Shown here: in pieces, positions 9,357 through 16,590 of the stretch | Layout of the letters: each line of letters begins with the position of its first letter | How positions within the stretch are numbered: the stretch's first letter is position 1 | Assembly: GCA_029856105.1 (NCBI GenBank) | Contig: JAHQWH010000119.1 | Coordinates: 1 to 31,429, forward strand | From: Promethearchaeia archaeon | GTDB lineage: Archaea; Asgardarchaeota; Lokiarchaeia; Sigyniarchaeales; SOKP01 | Direction: 5' to 3' | DNA: 31,429 bases | Notes under the pieces: generated by a model | Told to the model about the DNA's origin: nothing | Database searches by the model: none | Seen by the model: the letters and a program-made list of their open reading frames with translations, nothing else | Made by a program: the position numbers and the translations under genes

Positions 9357-9572
9357 CTAAATTTCGCTTTCAATCTCAGTGTCTAGTAAACTTGGATTGA
9401 GGTTTCTTTTTACGGATTCTTCAATTAAATACTCCGTCCTAATCAAGTCCCTAATCCCGACCCGTATTGCTTCACTTCGATTTGGAAACTTGCCCTCCGA
9501 AACGAGTACTTCTAAAATTTTCAAATAATTTTCTGGTAAATTTACTGAAATTAATTTTATTTTAATCACCAA
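9357..9572 (-). CDS. Ribbon-helix-helix (CopG/MetJ fold) regulator, CdrS-like
   Basis: LISVNLP beta strand, then a helix, then GKFPNRSEAIRVGIRDLI. This matches archaeal RHH proteins such as haloarchaeal CdrS (G.FPNRSEAIR). The start codon is uncertain. Confidence 0.88.
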   Translation of the reverse strand: MVIKIKLISVNLPENYLKILEVLVSEGKFPNRSEAIRVGIRDLIRTEYLIEESVKRNLNPSLLDTEIESEI

Positions 9573-9802
9573 GTATTTGAGTTCTTAGGAAAAACTCTTC
9601 GTTTTTCTATACAATTATATATACCGAGGTGATATTTAAGCATTTAGTGGAAATCGACCCTAAGTAATCCGACGAAAAAAGAAAAGAACCTCTATTAAGA
9701 TATTTCATCAGTTTGGGATTTTTGTCTGCTCAAATAAGACCTTAACCTTCAAATATTATATATCATAAATTTTATATTAGAAAATAATATATAGCATATG
9801 TC

Positions 9803-9819
9803 TTATATGTAACATATAA
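9803..9819. promoter_or_regulatory. Palindromic operator candidate TTATATGT-A-ACATATAA
   Basis: Perfect 8-bp inverted repeat with a 1-nt spacer in the divergent intergenic region, with extra ATATGT (9796) and ACATAT (9828) half-sites. The AT-rich background lowers its significance. Confidence 0.4.
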
Positions 9820-9858
9820 TATAAAATACATATTTCAAAATTAAAAAAGTGAAGAATT

Positions 9859-10182
9859 ATGGCAGATATTCAAGCTCAATTAAAAGCCCACTTAAAGAAC
9901 GGAGCCGATTGGGAAAAGATGGAAGCCCCTATAGAAGGTGTTTTTGTAGTTAAAGTCCCTGCTACTAAAACTAGGCCCGCATTACTATTCCTAGAAATTA
10001 ATCCTCTAAAGGATGATGGAAAACCGATGAAACGAAAAGGATTATTCGTTGGATCAAAAGAAATGTTGGTAAAATTCGGAGAGGCTTTAAATGACGATAA
10101 GGTCTTTCAATTAATCAGTGAAGTTGAAAAGATTAACCCAAAGGGGGCTGCAAGCGGACCCGTTAAAAAGTTAGAAATGTAA
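9859..10182 (+). CDS. Hypothetical protein, possibly a PC4-like nucleic-acid-binding fold
   Basis: ATG with upstream GTGA and a T-tract after the stop. LEINPLKDDGKPMKRKGLFV followed by a helix resembles the PC4 'G..KPGRKGISL' strand plus helix. Confidence 0.7.
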   Translation: MADIQAQLKAHLKNGADWEKMEAPIEGVFVVKVPATKTRPALLFLEINPLKDDGKPMKRKGLFVGSKEMLVKFGEALNDDKVFQLISEVEKINPKGAASGPVKKLEM

Positions 10183-10192
10183 TTTTATATCC

Positions 10193-10201
10193 TTTTTTTT
10201 T
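10193..10201 (+). terminator. Oligo-T terminator candidate
   Basis: T9 about 10 nt after the stop at 10182. Confidence 0.5.
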
Positions 10202-10336
10202 CTCTTTTAATATAAATACTATTTTGCTATCGAAGCAATTTTAAATGTAAAAAGCTTTAATTTTTTAAATATAAACTCTATTAATTATTTAAGTTATTTG
10301 AAGTTAAAATTCTTAAAAAACATTTGAAGTGATTAT

Positions 10337-10618
10337 ATGGGAGAAGAATTTGATGGAAAACATTGTATTCAATGTGGTGGAGAGACTTTTCGATTAGTTA
10401 ACGACGACTGGATGTCAAGAACATTTCGGTTCGTAGAAAAAGGACAATTAAAGATGTGTGATGGCTGTGGAGCTAAATATTTGGTATGCCAGCAGTGTGG
10501 ATCACTTTTTACGAGAGTTCATCCCGCATTAGAAGCATGGGAAATAAACCAAAAATGTGTTGTGTGTGGATACGAGGATCCTGAAGTAAAAGCATGGGAC
10601 GGCGTTTCAGCTCGCTAA
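10337..10618 (+). CDS. Small double zinc-ribbon-like protein (4 CxxC)
   Basis: CIQC-x27-CDGC-x6-CQQC-x19-CVVC; GTGAT just upstream of the ATG. Confidence 0.85.
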   Translation: MGEEFDGKHCIQCGGETFRLVNDDWMSRTFRFVEKGQLKMCDGCGAKYLVCQQCGSLFTRVHPALEAWEINQKCVVCGYEDPEVKAWDGVSAR

Positions 10619-10735
10619 ATTTTCTTATTTTGTAAAAAATAATTATAAATTAAATATAAATTCTTTGAATAAAATTACATATCTTTCTTGATTTTTATTA
10701 AGTAATCAAGAAAATATAAATCGTGGGAAAAAAAA

Positions 10736-11206
10736 ATGATTAGAATAGAAAATGCTACACCAGATCAAATTGATTCTTTACAAGCTTTAATGAAATTGCT
10801 GATTTCAAGATTTGGAGACAAATTTGATCACAAACGATTTGATTGGGGCATCCGCAGACGGCTTTATGATCCTTTACAGAGACATGGTATTTTGATAGCG
10901 ATAGATGAAGATAAAGATAACGAAGTTATCGGTATGATAATCGCGGAGTTGCGAATCGATCCATTTGGTGCTTCTGAGGGGTACATTAAACAAGTGTTTC
11001 TTAAAGAGGGATATAGGGGGCAAGGCATAGGCGAATTACTCGTTAAAAAAGCTATTGAACATTTACAGAAGATAAAAGTAGAAAAAATAAAAGTAAATAT
11101 TAAAGAAAAAGCCAAGGAAGCGGCAAATCTTTACACAAAGATGCATTTTAAGAAAGTATACGAGGTTTTGGAACTAGATCTCTCGAAAGAAAACCTTGAA
11201 GATTAA
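10736..11206 (+). CDS. GNAT family N-acetyltransferase
   Basis: Acetyl-CoA-binding motif A (VFLKEGYRGQGIG) and a C-terminal A..LY.K.hF motif. Confidence 0.92.
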   Translation: MIRIENATPDQIDSLQALMKLLISRFGDKFDHKRFDWGIRRRLYDPLQRHGILIAIDEDKDNEVIGMIIAELRIDPFGASEGYIKQVFLKEGYRGQGIGELLVKKAIEHLQKIKVEKIKVNIKEKAKEAANLYTKMHFKKVYEVLELDLSKENLED

Positions 11207-11221
11207 AAGCATAAATATAGA

Positions 11222-12217
11222 ATGAATTATACCTTGATCGATTTAGAAATTCCTTGGGTTGAAAAATATAGACCTAATTCGTTTGATGAAATTGTAAGCC
11301 AAAATATCGCTATTAATAACTTAAAAGATTTCGTAAAAAGCGGTAATATGCCCCATATGATTTTTACGGGTCCTGCGGGCACGGGTAAAACAAGCACAGC
11401 ATTAATTATTGCTAAAAATGTGATTAAAAAACAGAATTATTTTGCAAATGTTTTAGAGTTGAACGCATCAGACACCGTAAGAATGGACTACGTTAGAAAC
11501 GTAATTAAAGGTTTTGTAAATCAAAATCTAGTTGTTGGGGATGATACGTTAAAAGTTATAATTCTTGACGAAGCGGACAATATACCCAAACAAGTTCAGC
11601 AAGCACTCAGGAGAATTATAGAAAAGACATCAAGTAGCGTGAAATTTATATTAATATGTAATTATATCAATAGAATAATCGATCCTATTATTTCAAGGTG
11701 TGCGGTATTTAGGTTTGCTAAATTACCTAAGGAGAAAATAATAGAACGATTAATGTTTATTTCAGAACAAGAAAAATTACAAATTCCCCAAACTCAAGCA
11801 AATAAATTTTATGAAGCGTTATTTTTTGTCTCAGGAGGCGATTTAAGAAAAGCTATTAATACTTTACAAATGTCTGTTGCACTTGAGTTGTTAGACAATT
11901 TAGATTTAAACGAAATTTTAAAGATTTCCGGTTTTTTGGATGATTCAACCTTAGAAAAGTTAATTAAAACGCTTCAATCTAAAAATTTTGAGGGTGCGAG
12001 AAAGCTTTTTATGACAATTGAAAATTTAGACGGTAGAAATTTCCTAAGACAAATGATGGAAAGGTTAGGGGGTCTAAATATTGAATCTAGCAATTATCAC
12101 AAAATTGTTGCATTTATTGGAGAAATAGATTATAGAATTAGCCAAGGAGCAGATGTGAAAATTCAATTACTTGCTTTGATTGGTGAATTGATAAGAAATA
12201 TCAAAATAGACATATAA
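11222..12217 (+). CDS. rfcS: Replication factor C small subunit (canonical)
   Basis: PWVEKYRP, Walker A GPAGTGKT, ELNASD, Walker B ILDEAD, SRC arginine finger, sensor 2 GDLRKAINTLQ. Confidence 0.96.
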   Translation: MNYTLIDLEIPWVEKYRPNSFDEIVSQNIAINNLKDFVKSGNMPHMIFTGPAGTGKTSTALIIAKNVIKKQNYFANVLELNASDTVRMDYVRNVIKGFVNQNLVVGDDTLKVIILDEADNIPKQVQQALRRIIEKTSSSVKFILICNYINRIIDPIISRCAVFRFAKLPKEKIIERLMFISEQEKLQIPQTQANKFYEALFFVSGGDLRKAINTLQMSVALELLDNLDLNEILKISGFLDDSTLEKLIKTLQSKNFEGARKLFMTIENLDGRNFLRQMMERLGGLNIESSNYHKIVAFIGEIDYRISQGADVKIQLLALIGELIRNIKIDI

Positions 12218-12243
12218 TTTTTATAATAAGGGAGGAAAGGGGC

Positions 12244-13290
12244 TTGCTTTCAGAAATTCCTATATGGCGCATAAAATATTTGCCGAAGAATTTGGATGAT
12301 GTCTGTGGTAGAGAGAACATTAAAGAAAGATTAAAGGAATATACAAATAGTAGAAACTTTCCACACCTGCTATTCGTAGGGGGCGAAGGTATTGGAAAAA
12401 CAACAATTGCGCGCCTGTTTTCGAAAGAATTCTTGAGGGGTTATTATGATGCAAATTTTAAATTAGTTTACGCAAATGTTCCGTTAACAAGCGAAGAAAT
12501 GAAACAAGCTCGCTCAAATGCACACATATCAACTAGTAGGTTAGGAAGTTTGGCAGGAAAAACAATAACTACTCCCGCATTTATACAGGTTAAAATTAAA
12601 CCGTTTGTCCAATTAAAAGTGTTAGGGGATGTTCCGTTTAAAATTCTAGTTGTAAAAAATTTTGATTATTTAGGATCTACTCAACAAGCTTTTCGGAGAT
12701 TAATGGAAATTTATGGCACTAACTGTAGAATGATATTGATTACGACTAAAATTTCAAAAATAATTGATCCAATAATTAGTCGATGCCAAATATTTTTAGT
12801 TTCACCAGTTAATTATAGCTCTTTTGAAAGCCTCATACTTGACATTGCTCAAAAAGAATCCCTAAAAATTAAAAGCGAGGTTATAGAATTTCTTTACAAA
12901 ACCTCAGGAGGGAAACTCTCGCATGCTATAGATTTGTTACAACTTTGTTCTATAAGTGGAGATGTTATTGACTTAGACAAATTATACGAAAATTCAATAA
13001 ATTCTCATAAGGATATGGTAAGAAGCCTTCTATTAATGTGCTTCAGAGGAGACTTCCCTAAAGCGCGAGAATTATCTCGAAATATTCAAGCAAATTATAA
13101 ATTTAATTCTCAAGAAATGTTTAAAATTATGCTAACCGAGCTTACAAAAATGCCTTTAAGTAAGTATTCTAGAACTAAATTGATAAGTTTAATAGCCGAA
13201 GCTGACTTTAGAGCGATTGATGGAAGAGATGTCGATATTCAAGTTTCACATTTACTAGCAAAAATCTGTTATTTTTCAGAATTTATTTAG
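12244..13290 (+). CDS. Second, divergent RFC small subunit (RfcS2-like, probably ATPase-inactive)
   Basis: WRIKYLP, Walker A GGEGIGKT, QQAFRRLME and IIDPIISRC are retained. Walker B reads VVKNFD and sensor 2 reads GKLSHAI. TTG start after GGAGG. Confidence 0.9.
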   Translation: MLSEIPIWRIKYLPKNLDDVCGRENIKERLKEYTNSRNFPHLLFVGGEGIGKTTIARLFSKEFLRGYYDANFKLVYANVPLTSEEMKQARSNAHISTSRLGSLAGKTITTPAFIQVKIKPFVQLKVLGDVPFKILVVKNFDYLGSTQQAFRRLMEIYGTNCRMILITTKISKIIDPIISRCQIFLVSPVNYSSFESLILDIAQKESLKIKSEVIEFLYKTSGGKLSHAIDLLQLCSISGDVIDLDKLYENSINSHKDMVRSLLLMCFRGDFPKARELSRNIQANYKFNSQEMFKIMLTELTKMPLSKYSRTKLISLIAEADFRAIDGRDVDIQVSHLLAKICYFSEFI

Positions 13291-13299
13291 GTGGGTTAT

Positions 13300-14661
13300 A
13301 TGGCAATAACTGTTAATTCAAATATTACATGGGTGGAAAAATACAGGCCAAAGTCAATTAAGGAGATGGCACTACCTACTGCTAAAGTTGGTGGCCACAA
13401 AGTTGACTTGACAGAGGAATTACGCCGTTTTGTAGTAGACTTTTTTAAAGAAAAAAGAAAAATTAACGAAACAAATAAAAAAATTCGAGCATATAATCGA
13501 ACTCACGAAGAAAAAGATCATAAAGAAGAGCTAAAATTAGCCTCTGATAAAGCAGCAGCCTTACTTGAGGGACCTCCAGGAGTGGGGAAAACTACCATAG
13601 CATATGCTTTAGCAAATGATTTGAATATGGAGGTTGTGGAGACTAATGCCTCAGATACTCGAACTAAAAATGAGTTAGAAGCTAAATTAAGCGAAACTAC
13701 AAAATCTCGAGGGATTATGGATTTTATAGTTGAAAGTAAAAAAAAAATGATTTTAATAGATGAAATTGATGGAATTTATGGAGTTACTGATAGAGGAGCA
13801 GTCCCAACGATATTAAAACTTATAGAAGATACGCAATTTCCTATTATTATGTGTTCTAATGAATACAAACAAAACCTTCAGTTATTATACAAGAAAGTAA
13901 GAAAATTTGAAATATATCCATTATCTAACGAAGAAGTATCGAAAATCGCGAGAAAAATAATTAAAAAAGAAAAGATTTCAAACTTGAGCGAAAAAGATTT
14001 AAGTTTAATTGTTGAAAAAAATCACGGAGATTTACGTGGAGTTATTAACGATTTGCAAGGCATAAGTCAAGGCTCTTTGGATAGGGACGCTAAAGAATTG
14101 ATTTTGAAGCTAAATAGGGATAGTACAGAAGAAATTTTTATTTTAATTAGAGATTTATTTCAAAAAGCTAACACATTAATTGAAGCTCGAAGTTTAACGG
14201 ATAAATCAGATGTAGATTATAATTTTTTATATAAATGGGTAAACGAAAACCTTCCTACATTTATCAGAATTAACAAAGAAATCGCTCAGGCTTTAGAAAA
14301 CCTATCTTTAGCAGACGAAATCTTTGGTAGAATTCGTAAAAACCAGTATTGGTCGTTACTACCTTACTTTTACGATCTTTTTGCTGGTGGCGTTGTTTTG
14401 TCAAGAAAAGGGAGAAAGGCAGATGAGGGTTTTCGTAGAATAATGTTTCCAAGGTTCACATCTACTGGCTTTTTTTCTTTATCAGCAAATGAAAAGTTAT
14501 TAGTGGAAAAAATTCAAAAGAAATACAAAATCTCAGATATTGAAGTAGTTCAAGATTTTATCCCGTTCTTAAAAACATTATGTAATTCTTCAAGGAAACA
14601 GCTAAAAGACGTAGGCGAGTGGTTTGAATTGGACGCTAAAGAAAAAAAGTTTTTGAAATAG
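13300..14661 (+). CDS. rfcL: Replication factor C large subunit
   Basis: WVEKYRP, GPPGVGKT, ETNASD, LIDEIDG, GDLRGVINDLQ, WVNEN, LSLAD..FGRI...QYWSL; no SRC motif. ATG at 13300 follows AGGTGG (the track starts at GTG 13291). Confidence 0.94.
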   Translation: MAITVNSNITWVEKYRPKSIKEMALPTAKVGGHKVDLTEELRRFVVDFFKEKRKINETNKKIRAYNRTHEEKDHKEELKLASDKAAALLEGPPGVGKTTIAYALANDLNMEVVETNASDTRTKNELEAKLSETTKSRGIMDFIVESKKKMILIDEIDGIYGVTDRGAVPTILKLIEDTQFPIIMCSNEYKQNLQLLYKKVRKFEIYPLSNEEVSKIARKIIKKEKISNLSEKDLSLIVEKNHGDLRGVINDLQGISQGSLDRDAKELILKLNRDSTEEIFILIRDLFQKANTLIEARSLTDKSDVDYNFLYKWVNENLPTFIRINKEIAQALENLSLADEIFGRIRKNQYWSLLPYFYDLFAGGVVLSRKGRKADEGFRRIMFPRFTSTGFFSLSANEKLLVEKIQKKYKISDIEVVQDFIPFLKTLCNSSRKQLKDVGEWFELDAKEKKFLK

Positions 14662-14688
14662 AATAATCTTGGAACGAGAATTATCTAC

Positions 14689-14696
14689 TTTTTTTT
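14689..14696 (+). terminator. Oligo-T terminator candidate for the GNAT-RFC cluster
   Basis: T8 about 28 nt after the rfcL stop. Confidence 0.4.
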
Positions 14697-14931
14697 GGGT
14701 AGAAAAAATATTCAATTAAACAGATGCCAAAAATAATATATAGCTAATATGGAAATTTAAGTGCCATTTTCGGAAAACTATTAAAATATTTTGCAAATAA
14801 AAATAAAAAAGATTAATCTAAATTCTAAATCAACCTATAAATTTAGCGAATAAGTCATTAAACATTTACTTATAAAATTTATAAGTAAATTTCAATTCAT
14901 AACAAATAATAATTTAATAAATTGAATTAAA

Positions 14932-15606
14932 ATGGTTGACAAAGCAGAAAAACAAATATCTGAAGAAAAAGAAACGCAGATGTCTAAATCCTCTCAATTA
15001 GTCTTACAAATAGCCGGCGCTGCCTTATTTGGTGCTCTTTCTATAGTGTTCGCGGCATTTGTAACCCCATTTGTTCCGAGAATTCCGGGATGGGGAATTG
15101 CTATTATAGATCCAGTATCAATAATATGGGTAATGTGTTTTTTAATATTTGGAGCAAGATCTGGATTACTTTGCTGCGTTCTTGGAGCATTTGGCTTAAT
15201 GCCATTTGATCCGTTTGCACCAATTGGTCCTTTGATGAAATTATCGGCGACGGTTGCTCTTATCATAATCCCTATTATGTTTTTAAAATTGTATAAGACA
15301 AAAGAAAGAGTTAGAAATGTAGAAAAAATAAAAAATATAAGAAATTACATTGTATACGGAATATTTGGAATAATCCTAAGGATAGGCGTTATGATGATAG
15401 CCAATTATTTATTGTTCTTAACATTGTTTGCAAATATAGTAGCATTTGTTGATTTAAGCTTTATGTGGTTACCTGATATATCCGGTTGGACAGCGATAAT
15501 TATTGGAGTGATCGTTATTAATGCAGAAACGAGCGTATGGGATTTATTAATACCTTATTTAATTGTTTTTGGATTAAAAATTGATGAAAAATTCGCGATT
15601 TGGTAA
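14932..15606 (+). CDS. ECF transporter S component-like membrane protein
   Basis: AALFGALSIV (AxxxA-type motif), then P.....iDP..i......FG...G, typical of RibU-like S components; about 6 TM segments. Confidence 0.7.
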   Translation: MVDKAEKQISEEKETQMSKSSQLVLQIAGAALFGALSIVFAAFVTPFVPRIPGWGIAIIDPVSIIWVMCFLIFGARSGLLCCVLGAFGLMPFDPFAPIGPLMKLSATVALIIIPIMFLKLYKTKERVRNVEKIKNIRNYIVYGIFGIILRIGVMMIANYLLFLTLFANIVAFVDLSFMWLPDISGWTAIIIGVIVINAETSVWDLLIPYLIVFGLKIDEKFAIW

Positions 15607-15730
15607 TTTTTTAAATTTTTCTTTTCTTTTTTTTGAGATTTTCAAAATTCTGAGAATCTTTAAGTATTGTTAAATAATAAAAATAGAAACTAATTTTAAT
15701 TTTAAATTGTATTCTAATAAGGCGATAATA

Positions 15731-16528
15731 ATGGTTCAAAAAGATTTCGAGTATGTTATATTTAAAATCGAGGATAATGTTGGAGTAATTACTTTAAATC
15801 GTCCAAAACGACTAAACGCTTTAAATTATCCCCTATTAATGGAAATCATTGACATTTTAGAATTAAATTCTAAAAACAAAATAATCCGTGCTTTTGTTAT
15901 TAAAGGTAATGAGCAATCATTCAGCTCCGGTGACGATTTAAAGAGTATGGGTCCTGAAGGACCGAGGTTTAAACCATTAGCTGACGGGTCAAAACTTCCA
16001 CACCAGAGAGTTATTCGATTAATAAGAGAAATTCAGAAACCATTTATAGCGTTATTACAAGGTTATTGTCTAGGCGCTGGATTCGAAATAGCACTCACTT
16101 GTGACTTTCGTTTAGCGGCAGATAATCTGAAGATCGGAGATCACCGCGTTAATCGGGCTCATTGCGTTATGAGCGGAGCAAGTTGGCTACTTCCAAGAAT
16201 AATAGGGTTCGCACGAGCAACAGATATAATCTTAACGGGACGTCAACTTGATGCCAAGGAAGCGTTAGAGATTGGTTTAGTGAATAAAGTCTTTTCATTA
16301 TCAGAATTTAGTAAAAAATCTAAGGAATTTATCCAATCCATAGCCAAACTACCTACTAGATGCTTGGGTTATAACAAGACTATGCTTAACTATTCTCAAT
16401 ATAACGAGTTATTTCCCTCGTTAAAACACGAATTTAAATTATACTGTAAAAACATCGCATCATATGATTTTGGAGAAGGAATGAAATCATTTCAGGAAAA
16501 GCGAGAACCAAAATTTAAAGGGAAATGA
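15731..16528 (+). CDS. Enoyl-CoA hydratase/isomerase (crotonase) family protein
   Basis: ITLNRP..LNAL, FSSGDDL, GYCLGAGFEIAL.CDFR and C-terminal F.EKREPKFKG. ATG 15731 is preferred over TTG 15707. Confidence 0.95.
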   Translation: MVQKDFEYVIFKIEDNVGVITLNRPKRLNALNYPLLMEIIDILELNSKNKIIRAFVIKGNEQSFSSGDDLKSMGPEGPRFKPLADGSKLPHQRVIRLIREIQKPFIALLQGYCLGAGFEIALTCDFRLAADNLKIGDHRVNRAHCVMSGASWLLPRIIGFARATDIILTGRQLDAKEALEIGLVNKVFSLSEFSKKSKEFIQSIAKLPTRCLGYNKTMLNYSQYNELFPSLKHEFKLYCKNIASYDFGEGMKSFQEKREPKFKGK

Positions 16529-16590
16529 TTAAATAAATTTTAATATTTTAACTCTTATTCTATTAATCTTACTAATTAAATGGGATTATT

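Noticed and set aside
9700-9712. CTGATGA on the minus strand, resembling a hammerhead core or C-box
   Set aside because: I could not find flanking stems with a correctly placed GAAA, or a matching D box.
14662-14931. Riboswitch upstream of the ECF S component
   Set aside because: The region is very AT-rich with no recognisable FMN, TPP or other aptamer consensus.
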